NCBI GenBank assembly: GCA_964450605.1
Contig: CAYVEK010000001.1
Span: forward strand, 72,430-136,429
Length of the DNA: 64,000 nucleotides
Origin: an uncultured Candidatus Saccharibacteria bacterium
GTDB lineage: Bacteria > Patescibacteriota > Minisyncoccia > Phycocordibacterales > CAIZLB01
Reading direction: 5' to 3'
In this document: positions 28,228 to 39,400 of the stretch, piece after piece
Numbering within the stretch: position 1 is the stretch's first letter
Layout: each line of letters opens with the position of its first letter
Position numbers and translations under genes: made by a program
Notes under the pieces: generated by a model
Told to the model about the DNA's origin: nothing
Databases searched by the model: none
The model's input: the letters and a program-made list of their open reading frames with translations, nothing else

Positions 28228-29727
28228 ATGTACTCAAAAAATAGAAATGCTCGAGGTGGAAATGGTGCTCCAATTCGATCTTTTAAAAACAAAAAATTTG
28301 ACGGAAGAGAGGCACCTCGAACAAGTTCTGCGAGTAGTTATACTAAAAAATTTGATAGAATAGGTTCGGCATATTCAAAACCATCATTTGGCGAAGGACA
28401 GCGTCCTGCTCGGCCAGGTTTTTCTTCACGAGGTAGTTTTGGTGGTAGTAGGGGTGGAGATAGAGGTGGTGACAGGGGTGGTTTTGGCGCACGAAAATCT
28501 TTCGGCGGAGGATTCGCTGGTAGAGGTCGGGGCGGTTTTGGTGGAGGTTTTGGCGGCGGACGAGGTCGAGGTGGTTTTGGAGGTGGACGAAGAGGTCGAC
28601 CTTCTGAACATATCGACCACTCAAAATTTATATATAAACCTGATAAAAAATCTCTTGAAGCAGAAGCGAAAGCTAAAAACGCAAAGGTAAAAGTGGAACA
28701 TACTTTTACAGATTTTAAATTCAATCCAGTTGTAAATGAAAATCTAAAAGAAAAAGGATATGTTGATCCTACTCCTATTCAGGACCAGACTATTATGCAT
28801 GCGCTTGCAGGCAAAGATGTTCTAGGTCTTGCAAACACAGGAAGTGGAAAGACGGCAGCATTCTTGCTACCTCTTATAGATAAGGTGGTCAAAGATCCAA
28901 CTCAAAAAGTTATCATCCTTGCTCCAACTCGAGAACTTGCAATGCAGATCAATAAAGAGTTTCAAGAGTTTGCGCGAGGTCTAAAAATATTTTCAACAGT
29001 ATGTGTTGGAGGTATGCCTATTTTCCGACAGATACAAAATCTACGAATGGTGAATCATTTTATTATCGGAACACCAGGACGTATCAAAGACTTGGCACAT
29101 AGAAAATGTATCGTCTTCAATCAGTTCACAAACGTAGTTCTTGATGAGGTTGATCACATGCTTGATATGGGATTTGTTGATGATATAACAGAGATTCTTG
29201 AAGGTTTGGCAAAACCTCGACAGTCATTGTTCTTCTCAGCAACAATGCCTCCTCGAATACGAACACTTATATCAAAATTCCTTGTTGATCCTGTGACTAT
29301 AGATATCGCAGTTCCTGGAAGTACAAAAACAGTTGAGCAAGATATCATCAAAGTTCCTCGACATGAAAAATTTGATGTACTGTGTAATCTTTTGAAAAAA
29401 GAAGGAGCAACGCGAACTATTATCTTTGTTGAAACAAAACGAGAGGTAGAAGAAGTTGCTAACGGTCTTGTTAAGGCCGGATTTAAAACAGGATACCTTC
29501 ATGGAGATAAACGACAGCGAGAGCGAGCTCGAACACTTGCACAGTTCAAAGATAGTACTATCGATGTTCTTGTGGCTACAGATGTTGCAGCACGAGGTAT
29601 AGACGTTAAGGATGTATCTCATGTTATCAACTATACTGTTCCTCAAACACACGAAGACTATGTACACCGTATCGGACGAGCTGGACGAGCGGGTAAGACA
29701 GGAAAAGCGTTTACATTTGTATCATAA
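28228..29727 (+). CDS. DEAD-box ATP-dependent RNA helicase with an N-terminal RGG/GR-rich low-complexity domain
   Basis: Q-motif (FTDFKF..PTPIQ), Walker A (TGSGKTAAF), DEVD, SAT and HRIGRAGRAG motifs. Residues about 60-125 are GGFGGGRGRGG repeats. Confidence 0.9.
   Translation: MYSKNRNARGGNGAPIRSFKNKKFDGREAPRTSSASSYTKKFDRIGSAYSKPSFGEGQRPARPGFSSRGSFGGSRGGDRGGDRGGFGARKSFGGGFAGRGRGGFGGGFGGGRGRGGFGGGRRGRPSEHIDHSKFIYKPDKKSLEAEAKAKNAKVKVEHTFTDFKFNPVVNENLKEKGYVDPTPIQDQTIMHALAGKDVLGLANTGSGKTAAFLLPLIDKVVKDPTQKVIILAPTRELAMQINKEFQEFARGLKIFSTVCVGGMPIFRQIQNLRMVNHFIIGTPGRIKDLAHRKCIVFNQFTNVVLDEVDHMLDMGFVDDITEILEGLAKPRQSLFFSATMPPRIRTLISKFLVDPVTIDIAVPGSTKTVEQDIIKVPRHEKFDVLCNLLKKEGATRTIIFVETKREVEEVANGLVKAGFKTGYLHGDKRQRERARTLAQFKDSTIDVLVATDVAARGIDVKDVSHVINYTVPQTHEDYVHRIGRAGRAGKTGKAFTFVS
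28408..28603 (+). repeat. Imperfect short tandem repeats (ggtggttttgg / cgaggtgg units) encoding the RGG-rich region of the helicase
   Basis: Repetitive GGN-rich DNA visible directly in the sequence. The antisense frame gives a spurious Pro-rich ORF. Confidence 0.7.
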
Positions 29728-29728
29728 A

Positions 29729-30355
29729 CTAGTGTGCGATAGAAAAGACCTGAATCTGAAATATGATCTCAGGTTTTTTCTTTTTCCAAGACTCAAGGTA
29801 TGTACATAAAACATCTCTACAATCTCTAAGTGTTGCACCTGTAGTCGCTACATCATCAATAATACATATGCAAACCTTATGCTGTTTTTGAATAGTAAAA
29901 ATAAACCAAAAATACAATCGTGTCAAAATGGGTATGTAGTATTTTTGTTTTTGATTCGTTCGAGTTTTTCGAGCTCCATCTATGTGTTGAGCTTTGTGTT
30001 GTCTTAAATATGCTCTGTGTACACCAAATATCTTATGCCAACAAAAAATATCTCTAAACAAATCCTGAGTAGTATTAAGTATTTTTTCTCTTCTGTGATA
30101 CATAGTGGAAGGGGGTGAGGTGTATAGGATGAAATATCCTAAGTTTTTTGGGTCAAACTTTATATCAGTGCACATGTCATATAGTATGTGTCTTAGCCGG
30201 GTTCTGGCCATGTGCCAGTTTTTAGAAAAATCTATATCAAATTTGTATCGAGCTAATTGCTCTTTAAAAGTGCCGTCCTGATAATTTTCAACAAAAGTTA
30301 CATATACAACTGTATCAGGAGATGTGGTCTTTTTATAAGATCTGTTTATGTTCAT
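29729..30355 (-). CDS. ComF/GntX-family phosphoribosyltransferase-domain protein
   Basis: C-terminal IIDDVATTGATLRD type-I PRTase PRPP-binding motif in a roughly 200-aa protein, typical of ComFC-like proteins. No N-terminal zinc finger was seen. Confidence 0.55.
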   Translation of the reverse strand: MNINRSYKKTTSPDTVVYVTFVENYQDGTFKEQLARYKFDIDFSKNWHMARTRLRHILYDMCTDIKFDPKNLGYFILYTSPPSTMYHRREKILNTTQDLFRDIFCWHKIFGVHRAYLRQHKAQHIDGARKTRTNQKQKYYIPILTRLYFWFIFTIQKQHKVCICIIDDVATTGATLRDCRDVLCTYLESWKKKKPEIIFQIQVFSIAH

Positions 30356-30431
30356 TGTATATATGTAACATGTAAAGGATACAGAAAAACCGAATAAAAA
30401 ATAAAGAAAAGCATGGTATACTTATAGCTAT

Positions 30432-31226
30432 ATGACTGAGCTCGAAAGTGTAACTTCTGTGCCAACATACACCATCAAAACTGAACAGTTTGAAGGTCCT
30501 TTGGATGTTCTTTTAAACTTGATAGAGAAGAGGAAACTTCTTATAAATCAGATATCACTTGCTGAAGTAACAGAAGAATTTATACGTTTTGCTGAACGTT
30601 TGACGAATAGCTCGGGACTACGTCAGAAATCAAGTTTTGTAGCCATTGCTTCTATATTACTCCTTATAAAAGCTAAGTCACTTCTGCCGGTACTTGAAGT
30701 TACGGAAGAGGAGCAAGAAGACATTGCTGATTTGGAAAAGCGCTTGAGACTTTTAGAGCTTATGAGGGCTGTTGGAAAAGTTGTGGGTGTTCAGTATGGT
30801 GTAAGAAGAATATTTCAACAGGGAAATTTTCGAAACGATATACGTGTATTTGCACCATCAAAAGATGTATCCGTGGAGTCATTGTTTGCAGGTATAAAAC
30901 AAGCACTTACTTCTGTTCCTAAAAAAGAAGTTGAGTTACCAAAAGTAAAAGTGCGTCAAGTTAAGAGTTTGGAAGAAATGATGCATGACCTGGAATCTCG
31001 TATACAATCCGCGTTTAAGATGACATTTACAACTTTTGCCAAAGCACAGCAAGAGGTTGATACGTCTAAACTCTCACCAGAAGAAGTGGTTGAGGTAAAA
31101 CGAGTGGCTAAGCAACATGTGGTGGTTAGTTTTTTGGCACTACTCGAACTTGTAAAACAAAATACACTTATTGCAGAACAAACTGAGAACTTTGCCGAGA
31201 TTGATATTACTAATATTAAGATGTGA
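30432..31226 (+). CDS. scpA: Segregation and condensation protein A
   Basis: FEGPLDVLLNLIEKRKLLINQISLAEVTEEF is the ScpA N-terminal signature. Confidence 0.85.
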   Translation: MTELESVTSVPTYTIKTEQFEGPLDVLLNLIEKRKLLINQISLAEVTEEFIRFAERLTNSSGLRQKSSFVAIASILLLIKAKSLLPVLEVTEEEQEDIADLEKRLRLLELMRAVGKVVGVQYGVRRIFQQGNFRNDIRVFAPSKDVSVESLFAGIKQALTSVPKKEVELPKVKVRQVKSLEEMMHDLESRIQSAFKMTFTTFAKAQQEVDTSKLSPEEVVEVKRVAKQHVVVSFLALLELVKQNTLIAEQTENFAEIDITNIKM

Positions 31227-31239
31227 TAATACATAGCAT

Positions 31240-31794
31240 ATGGAAATAAACGGAGAGATCAAAAAAAATGCCCAACTTGTAGAAGCTTTTCTTTTTTGGA
31301 AAGGTGAGCCTGTAACTGTCCGCGAATTATCAAAGTCTCTCAAACTAGACATACAACACATTGACATAGTACTTGACTATCTGGGTAGTCAAGATGTCTG
31401 TCAAGATAAAGGGATAGTAGTCGTACGCTTTGAAGATAAAGTAACACTAGGTACACATCCAAATGTTGGAAAAACTATAGAGGAACTTACAAAAGAAGAA
31501 TTAAGTCGAGATCTTGGCAAGTCTGCTCTCGAAACACTTGCTATCATACTGTATCAGGGCCCAGTAAAAAGAAGTCAGATTGATTATATTCGAGGAGTGA
31601 ATTCACAGTTTATATTGCGAAACTTGCTTGTACGGGGTCTTATAGACAGATCAACCGATCCATCAGATGAGAGAAGTTTTGTATATAGTCCGTCTCTCGA
31701 ACTTCTTTCCCATCTAGGAGTTGGTCACGTGAAAGATTTACCAGAATACGAACAGGTTTTAGAATCACTCAAAGCGCTTGAAAGAGAAGAATAA
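31240..31794 (+). CDS. scpB: Segregation and condensation protein B
   Basis: VEAFLFWKGEPVTVRELSK and tandem winged-helix pattern, adjacent to scpA. Confidence 0.85.
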   Translation: MEINGEIKKNAQLVEAFLFWKGEPVTVRELSKSLKLDIQHIDIVLDYLGSQDVCQDKGIVVVRFEDKVTLGTHPNVGKTIEELTKEELSRDLGKSALETLAIILYQGPVKRSQIDYIRGVNSQFILRNLLVRGLIDRSTDPSDERSFVYSPSLELLSHLGVGHVKDLPEYEQVLESLKALEREE

Positions 31795-32609
31795 TGCTAA
31801 TCCAATCTAAATACAGATTGTATATACTTTGCGCATGTCTCGGTATTATTGGGGCGGGTATTTTTGTGCCAGTGTATGATGGTAAAAGTTTGATACAGTA
31901 TTCATTTATCGCACGTAAAACAACTGATACATATACATTGCAGTCTGTGGTTGATAAGACAAGAGCAAAATCAGCTGTGGTCTATGATATTTCAAATAAA
32001 AAGATTATTGCTTCTAAAAAACCAGAGTATGTGATGTCACTCGCATCAATCACAAAAGTGTTTACGAGTGCTGTTGCGTATGAACATATACTTAAGATAT
32101 ATCCCGCCCAATCAGAGAAAACACTGTCATTACTAAAAGAGATTCAAAACATGATGATGCGATCTTCAAATGAAGATGCTGAATATATATCAACTTATTT
32201 CGGTGATTCTGAAAAAGAGCGCTTAGACATGCTACAAGCCTATGTGTCACCCTATCAGATTTATTTTAGAAATGTTACAGGGCTCGATATTCCAGGTGTT
32301 GGGGTAGGGGCTTATGGAAAAACGGTTGATGTGGCTCTGGCTGTCGCAAGTGTGTATAAAAAATACCCAGAAATATTTGATAAAACTATACTACCTTTGT
32401 CTGAAAATACAAATCATGTTGCCGATAAGTTAAACTTTTTTGTAGCAGGTAAAACCGGCTTCACCAATCTCTCTGGAGGCAACTTGGTTGTTATAGTTCA
32501 GAAAGGGATTACTCATAAATACATGATCTTGGTTCTCGGCTCAACAGAAAACGGGCGTTTTGTCGATGTTGAGAATATAGCCAATGCTTTGGTACAATTG
32601 AATCCATGA
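31794..32609 (+). CDS. Serine-type D-Ala-D-Ala carboxypeptidase / low-MW PBP (S11-like)
   Basis: SxxK (SITK), SxN (SSN) and KTG (KTGFT) motifs at appropriate spacing, with an N-terminal TM segment. Confidence 0.7.
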   Translation: MLIQSKYRLYILCACLGIIGAGIFVPVYDGKSLIQYSFIARKTTDTYTLQSVVDKTRAKSAVVYDISNKKIIASKKPEYVMSLASITKVFTSAVAYEHILKIYPAQSEKTLSLLKEIQNMMMRSSNEDAEYISTYFGDSEKERLDMLQAYVSPYQIYFRNVTGLDIPGVGVGAYGKTVDVALAVASVYKKYPEIFDKTILPLSENTNHVADKLNFFVAGKTGFTNLSGGNLVVIVQKGITHKYMILVLGSTENGRFVDVENIANALVQLNP

Positions 32610-33691
32610 TAATCAGTGCTCTTAAGGTTCTTATACCTACATTAAGTTCTTTCGTTTTTGGAATATTGATAACTCCATACCTGACCAAAATCATGTATGA
32701 AAAACAGATGTGGAAGAGAAAATCTCGAAGTACCGAAAATACAGAGGCTATCTCTGAAGATTTTAAAAAGATTCATAACGAAAAATCAGAAATGCACACA
32801 CCTCGAGTTGGAGGTGTTGTGATATGGCTTTCTGTATGTTTAACGCTTATATTTGCAGTTGTTGCACAGTATGTATCCCTGAACTTTGTATCAATGGATC
32901 ATGCAGTAACACACACACTACTCGATCGTTTAAACTTTTTTTCTAGAAATCAGACAATGCTTCTTATCTTAGCGTTGCTTGCAGGTTCTATATTCGGACT
33001 TGTTGATGATCTTCTTCAGATATATGGAAAAGAATTAAAACTAGGAGATGGAGTTCCTCGAAAAATGAGAATTCTTTTTGTAGTACTTGTGGCTGTTGTT
33101 GGTGCTTGGTGGTTCTATAGTAAGCTTGGTATGAATAGTATGCATGTGCCATTTTACGGCGAAGTATATCTAGGTTTAGGTTTTGTGTTTTTGTTTGTGC
33201 TCGCGGTACTGGGAACTTTTTCTGGCGGAGTAATAGACGGTATAGATGGGTTGGCTGCAGGAGTAATGATATCTGCTTTTGCGTCGTATACACTTATTGC
33301 GTTTTCACAATCTCAATATGACTTGGCCGCACTCGGAGGTGCTATTATCGGAGGATTGCTTGCTTTCTTATGGTTCAATGTTCCTCCTGCTCGCTTTTAT
33401 ATGGGTGAGACAGGTATGCTTGGTATTAGTATAGTTTTAGCGATGTTTGCCTTTTTGACCAAAGAAGTTTTGGTTTTACTTGTTGTAGCATTTCCTTTGG
33501 TTGCTACATCATTATCATCTTCTATTCAAATGTTCTCAAAAAAACATTTTGGAAAAAAAGTATTTCGAATCGCGCCACTACACCATCACTTTCAGGCAAT
33601 AGGTTGGTCTTCACCTAAGGTGACAATGAGGTATTGGATTGTGTCAGCAATCTGTGCGGTTACTGGAGTTATTATAGCCTTACTTGGATAG
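32606..33691 (+). CDS. mraY: Phospho-N-acetylmuramoyl-pentapeptide transferase
   Basis: DDLLQ, IDGIDGLAAG, NVPPARFYMGETG and PLHHHFQ motifs. Confidence 0.85.
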   Translation: MIISALKVLIPTLSSFVFGILITPYLTKIMYEKQMWKRKSRSTENTEAISEDFKKIHNEKSEMHTPRVGGVVIWLSVCLTLIFAVVAQYVSLNFVSMDHAVTHTLLDRLNFFSRNQTMLLILALLAGSIFGLVDDLLQIYGKELKLGDGVPRKMRILFVVLVAVVGAWWFYSKLGMNSMHVPFYGEVYLGLGFVFLFVLAVLGTFSGGVIDGIDGLAAGVMISAFASYTLIAFSQSQYDLAALGGAIIGGLLAFLWFNVPPARFYMGETGMLGISIVLAMFAFLTKEVLVLLVVAFPLVATSLSSSIQMFSKKHFGKKVFRIAPLHHHFQAIGWSSPKVTMRYWIVSAICAVTGVIIALLG

Positions 33692-33709
33692 TGTAGTAAT
33701 ATCAACCTT

Positions 33710-34870
33710 ATGTTCTTTAGTAAACGAAAAACACACAAAACTCAATCAAAAACACTATCAAAAATGGAAAGTGGTGTTGATCGTTTTTTTCTGATTATTG
33801 TAGGACTGCTTATTGTTGCAGGTGTTGTTGTTTTCTCATCAGCATCACTCATGCTTGTTGGTACTGTAAAATATGACGCTATACGATTTAATCAGTACGG
33901 ACTAGGATTTGTTGGAGGTCTTATTCTACTATACTGTGCTTACAAAATACCCTTACTATTTTTCAGGAAAATGTCTTTCTATGCGTACATCTTCGCCGTA
34001 CTTTTGATGTTAGCTGTTTTTATACCCGGTATAGGTGTATTTCATGGTGGAGCTCATCGATGGGTAAGTATTGCAGGTTTTCAATTTCAACCAGCTGAAG
34101 TGTACAAAGTGTGCGCAGTGTTGTACATGGCTTTATGGTTTTGTCGAGATTATGGAAAAAAATTAGAAAATCGAGACAATTTCTACAACAGAACTTTACC
34201 GTTGTTGGTAATGATATGTATAAGTGCAGTACTGTTTTTATTGCAAAAAGATACAGATACATTGCTTGTAGCAATATCGGCCATGACAGGTATGTATATT
34301 TTGTCTGGAGGAAACTGGAAGGATGTGTTTATATTAGCAGGAGTCGGAGTTGTTGCTCTTGTTGTGCTTATATTTTCTCGTCCATACGTGATGCAACGTG
34401 TTCAGACTTTTTTAAATCCAAGCGCTGATCCTTCAGGAAGTGGTTACCAGATCCAACAATCACTCATAGCTATAGGTACAGGAGGATTGTTTGGAAGAGG
34501 GTATGGGCAGAGCATTCAAAAATTTAAATACTTGCCTGAACCTATCGGAGACTCAGTGTTTGCTGTGGCGGCTGAAGAATTTGGATTTCTAGGAACGGTA
34601 TTATTGATAGTTTTGTACCTGGTGTTCATACTGCGAGGTCTTCGTATGGCAAAATACTCATCTTCATACGGGTCACTTATAATAGGAGGATTGCTACTAC
34701 TCATAGTTACTCAGTCTTTTTTAAATATAATGGCCATGCTCGGACTTATGCCTTTGTCAGGTATGCCTCTTATTTTTATCAGTCACGGAGGAACAGCTTT
34801 GTGCATAGCGCTATTTTCTGTAGGAATTATGCTTTCGGCCTCTCGAGAACGTAAGGTGGGTGTGAGGTAA
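33710..34870 (+). CDS. ftsW: SEDS-family peptidoglycan glycosyltransferase FtsW/RodA
   Basis: GSGYQIQQSLIAIGTGGLFGRGYG and PEPIGDSVFAVAAEEFGF blocks across 10 TM helices. Confidence 0.85.
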   Translation: MFFSKRKTHKTQSKTLSKMESGVDRFFLIIVGLLIVAGVVVFSSASLMLVGTVKYDAIRFNQYGLGFVGGLILLYCAYKIPLLFFRKMSFYAYIFAVLLMLAVFIPGIGVFHGGAHRWVSIAGFQFQPAEVYKVCAVLYMALWFCRDYGKKLENRDNFYNRTLPLLVMICISAVLFLLQKDTDTLLVAISAMTGMYILSGGNWKDVFILAGVGVVALVVLIFSRPYVMQRVQTFLNPSADPSGSGYQIQQSLIAIGTGGLFGRGYGQSIQKFKYLPEPIGDSVFAVAAEEFGFLGTVLLIVLYLVFILRGLRMAKYSSSYGSLIIGGLLLLIVTQSFLNIMAMLGLMPLSGMPLIFISHGGTALCIALFSVGIMLSASRERKVGVR

Positions 34871-34893
34871 TTGGCTGTGCTATACTATACGAT

Positions 34894-36033
34894 ATGAAAA
34901 TAGTTATTACCGGTGGAGGTACGGGAGGTCATTTCTATCCTCTCATGGCAGTTGCCGAATCTATACAAAAGCAAGCGCGTGAACAAAAACTACTTGAGCC
35001 ACGTATATATTATATCGGTCCAAATGAATATAATCCTAAAGAACTTTTTGATCGAGGTATAGAATTTATTCGTGTTCCTGCAGGAAAAAGAAGAATAAAC
35101 GCAAAAGGTTTTAATAAAATTAAAAATATTTTTGATATCTTTCGGATGGGTATTGGCTGTGTTGTTGGTTTTATAAGAATGTTTTTCTTATTTCCAGATG
35201 TTGTATTTGCAAAAGGTGGATATACCTCATTTCCTGCACTATTTGCAGCTCGAATACTCGGTATACCTGTAATTATTCACGAATCAGATAGTGTGCCAGG
35301 AAGAGTAAATCTATGGGCAAGTAAATTTGCTAAAAGAGTTGCTGTCTCCTTTAAGGAGTCGGCAGAGTATTTTGATAAAGCAAAAGTTGCATATACAGGA
35401 AATCCTGTTCGTGCAGAGCTTCATAATCCACTAAAGATTGGGGCTCATGAATATCTACAACTTGATCCGACTATGCCCGTCATAGGAATACTTGGAGGTT
35501 CTACAGGTGCAAGAAAAATAAATGATGTATTGATGGAATGCGTTCGTGAACTGATATTGGACTATCAAATAGTTCATCAAACAGGTAAGTCAAACTTTGA
35601 AATAGTTAAAGGTACTTCAAATCTGGTATTGGACGGATCAAGTCATCCTGAACGATACAAACCTGTAGACTATCTAAGTACCATGAGCATGAGAATGCTT
35701 GGTGGAGTTGCTGATGTTATTGTATCTCGAGCGGGATCTGGTTTGTTTGAGATAGCGCTTTGGGGTGTCCCAAGTGTACTTATACCTATAGCTGATTCTC
35801 ATGGAGATCATCAGAGAAAAAATGCATTTAACTATGCCAGAGCAGGAGCTTGTGTTGTTATAGAAGAGTCGAATCTAACAGCTCAGATCCTTATCAACGA
35901 AGTTAAAAAGATCATAAATAACAGAGAGGTGCATGATAAAATGGCACAATCTGCAAAAGCATTTTCAAGATCTGATGCAGCCGATGTTATTGCTCATGAA
36001 GTTTTGAATATTGCACTTAGTCACGAGGTTTAA
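34894..36033 (+). CDS. murG: UDP-N-acetylglucosamine--N-acetylmuramyl-(pentapeptide) pyrophosphoryl-undecaprenol N-acetylglucosamine transferase
   Basis: ITGGGTGGHFYP N-terminal motif and GT-B fold blocks. Follows mraY-ftsW. Confidence 0.85.
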   Translation: MKIVITGGGTGGHFYPLMAVAESIQKQAREQKLLEPRIYYIGPNEYNPKELFDRGIEFIRVPAGKRRINAKGFNKIKNIFDIFRMGIGCVVGFIRMFFLFPDVVFAKGGYTSFPALFAARILGIPVIIHESDSVPGRVNLWASKFAKRVAVSFKESAEYFDKAKVAYTGNPVRAELHNPLKIGAHEYLQLDPTMPVIGILGGSTGARKINDVLMECVRELILDYQIVHQTGKSNFEIVKGTSNLVLDGSSHPERYKPVDYLSTMSMRMLGGVADVIVSRAGSGLFEIALWGVPSVLIPIADSHGDHQRKNAFNYARAGACVVIEESNLTAQILINEVKKIINNREVHDKMAQSAKAFSRSDAADVIAHEVLNIALSHEV

Positions 36034-36094
36034 TATAATTAAGTTGGGGTTATTGTTAATTAACAAAAATAATTTTATATAAAATAAAAATCAT

Positions 36095-36310
36095 ATGAGT
36101 AATCTAAACGGTCTGGGAAAACTTGCATGGGTATTAGTGGTAGTAGGAGCTCTTAACTGGGGGCTTGTAGGAGGATTTGATTTCAACCTTGTTGAAAAAC
36201 TTGTTGGAAAATGGCCAGTAGTTGTAAAAGTTGTATATGTTCTTGTTGGACTTTCAGCACTTGTTTCTCTTTTCGGTCTTGGAAAAAAGAGTGCTCAATC
36301 AACAATGTAA
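36095..36310 (+). CDS. DUF378-family small membrane protein (71 aa)
   Basis: Two TM helices with an ALNWGLVG motif. Confidence 0.55.
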   Translation: MSNLNGLGKLAWVLVVVGALNWGLVGGFDFNLVEKLVGKWPVVVKVVYVLVGLSALVSLFGLGKKSAQSTM

Positions 36311-36331
36311 TTTTGTAAAAATTATACACAG

Positions 36332-36361
36332 AAAAAACTCGCTTAAATGCGAGTTTTTTTC
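36332..36361 (+). terminator. Rho-independent terminator
   Basis: aaaaaactcgc-ttaaat-gcgagttttttt. Confidence 0.8.
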
Positions 36362-36400
36362 TTGTTATATATGATTATATTTAATATAATAAAAGAGTAC

Positions 36401-39400
36401 ATGCGCGTTTTGAAAAAGATCTACATAGGTGTATTCTTTTTGGGCACTTTATTAGTGTCACGTGCTATTCCTGTTGATGTGTATGGAAGTGTTTTAAATC
36501 ACCACATTGCTCAGGTTTTTGGTTTTTATAGTCAAAGTTTCGAAAGCGTAAAAACTGATATTAAGCAAGACATGAAAAAAGTTTCGGTTAAAGCTGAAAA
36601 ACAAACAGCTCAAGTATTAGCTGCTGTTGATTCGACTCAAAAAAGTTTATGGTCAAAAATGATTGATGTTTTGTCTGAACCTCTTGTACCATTGTTTACA
36701 CCCCAAGTTATAATCCCGATCACTGAAAAGAAAACTGAGGCTACTGTTCCTGTTAAAAAAGAAGAAAAGATTGTTCTTGATCCTAAACCAAAAGAGCAGG
36801 TTGTGATAAAGCCTGTTGCAAAGATTCCAAACACTAACGTTACTCAAAATTACTATTACACCATTTCACAGTCTCAAATTGAGAAAGCTGTTCAGTCACA
36901 AGTCGCAATCAACAAGCAGGAGTTGAATAAAATTCAAAATGATTTACGAGAATATGTAAATATGGTAGCTGGACGGCAATCAGATAGTTTTTCAAATAGT
37001 TTAAATAGAGCAAATGTTGTAACTGTTGTGACACAGTCTTCGGGTGGTAGTGGCGCAACTGCAAATTTTTCTGAAACAGCGACTGGGCTTGATTATGCGG
37101 GAGGAGTGTTATCAATCACTTCTGGATATGAGATACCTACAACTTCTTCATCTACCGCTTGGACATCATTCTACGATACACCTTCATCTCGAATCACTGC
37201 TGGAACAGGATTGTCATGGAGTGGAAATACTTTGAATGCGGTAGGTGGAGGATCTGGAACAGTTGGTTCTGGCACAGCTGGGCAGGTTGCGTTTTATGGA
37301 GCAAATGGAACCTCTGTAAGTGGTACATCCACAGTATTCTTTGCAAATGGAAATGTTGGTATCGGAACATCGTCTCCGTCATCTATACTACACCTACAGA
37401 GTGATCAAAATTCATCAACGGTATTAACAATACGAAATGATAATGCCGGTGCCAATGCTGATGCAGGAATCATGATCAGAGATGATGAAGGGGCCATTCT
37501 GTCTCTAGGTCTAGATGTCGATCAAACAGGAACAAAATCCTATCTGTGGAGTGTTGGAAATGATTTTAGAATAGGTGCGGGAAATAATATGGTTGCATCT
37601 TTTACTACGGATCAAAAATTTAAAGTATTGAGTCCGTATAACAATTACATGTCGATATATGGTGGAAGTGCAACAAGTATGAATCTTGTAAGTGATGCAG
37701 ATATGCTTATCAGAGCAGGTGGAGATCTCGGATCTAATACATATAGAACAATATACTATGATGGTGATACTCATATTTTTAGACAGGCAGGATCTCCGTG
37801 GACAGAGTACATGAGAATTGTTTCTGGAGGAAATCTTGGTATCGGTACGTCATCACCTTCGGCAAAACTTGATGTTTGGGGAAGTTTAAAGGTCGGAACA
37901 ACATCGACTCCGACACTATTTGTTAATACAACAGCTGGTCAAAACACAGGTTTATCCATCACAAATGATGTCTCACCAACAATCGCTTCTGCGGGTTCGT
38001 CTGCAAATGTTAATTTAAAGTTAACAACTAAAGGCACTGGGGGGTTGTTTCTTGATACAGGAGGAACTGGATCAATAAACTTTAGACCAAACGGTACGCA
38101 AACGATGACTATTTTGAGTACAGGAAATGTTGGTATTGGTACAACTACTCCTGCCTCACAGCTATATATAGCAGGAACTGATATTGGCCCCTCAAACTAT
38201 CTCGCAACTATAGAAAACAATAACACCGCAGGTTCATTTCCGACTCGAAACGGTTTGTTGATAAATGTTACTGGTACAAATGGCGGAGGCCAATCTGCTT
38301 CTCGTCTATTGAATATACAACAGTACGGTACAAGTCTGTTTTATGTAAACGGAGTAGGAGACGGTGTATTTAACGGGGGTATAACATCTGGAAGCATTAC
38401 ATCTTCAGGGGTGGTTTCTTCAGTTCGCTTAAGCGTTGTAAACAACAACACAACCGCCACAACAAGTGTGTTTAAGATAGTTTCAGGTCAAACAGCCCCT
38501 GTAACAGAGTGGCAAACTAGTACAGGTGCTCCGCTTGCAAGTTTGAGTGCTGGAGGAAACCTAGGACTAGGTATTGTTCCGTCAACATTCAAACTCGATG
38601 TTTCCGGCAGTTCAAGATTAGGTTATGTAAACATAAACAACTCAGCTGATATTATAATGTCGACACAAAATGCTGATCGACAATTTACTATACAAGGAAG
38701 TACAGCAACAACAGGTTCTGTTGCGGGAACGTATATAACCCTTGGTACCGCAAGTTCTGGTGAACAAAAAATAGTTTTTGGTACAAACGGTGGTGAGAAA
38801 ATGAGAATGGATCCATCAGGAAACCTTGGTATCGGAACAACGTCTCCAGCTGCAAAGCTTGATGTATGGGGCAACTTGAAAGTTGGAACAAATGCCGCAG
38901 GTACGCTTTTTGTTGATGCGGCAACAGCTCGAGTCGGTGTTGGAACAACAACACCGGGTGCAAAATTGACAGTTATAGGAGATATGCGTATAGGTTTTAA
39001 TGATGCTAACCAAGAGATATTGGGACATATTACAGGTGGTTTATTATTTGCGAATCAAGCTGCTCAAATAACTTCAGGTTCAGGTGTTTCAGTGAGATCA
39101 AATGGAACTTACGGATGGTCATCGGACACTGGTAGTCCAGGTTACAATGGTAAAGATACTTTCTTGAGTAGACCTTTTTCTTCAACTGTCGGAGTGTATC
39201 AATCTAATGGGACAACACTCGGTGGATTTCTGACAGGTGTTTTGTCTGTCGGAACAACCTCAACATCTTCAACTCTTTATGTTCAAGGTAACGGTTCAAA
39301 TAATCCATTTACTATCGCATCCTCAACAGGAACGTCAATGTTGAGTGTGTTAAGGAATGGAAATGTGGGTATTGGTACTAGCACACCTGAGGTAAAATTG

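Noticed and set aside
28338-28724. 128-aa Pro-rich minus-strand ORF (PPPKPPRPRPPPKPP...)
   Set aside because: It is the antisense reading of the GGN-repeat DNA that encodes the helicase RGG domain, which is a classic artefact.
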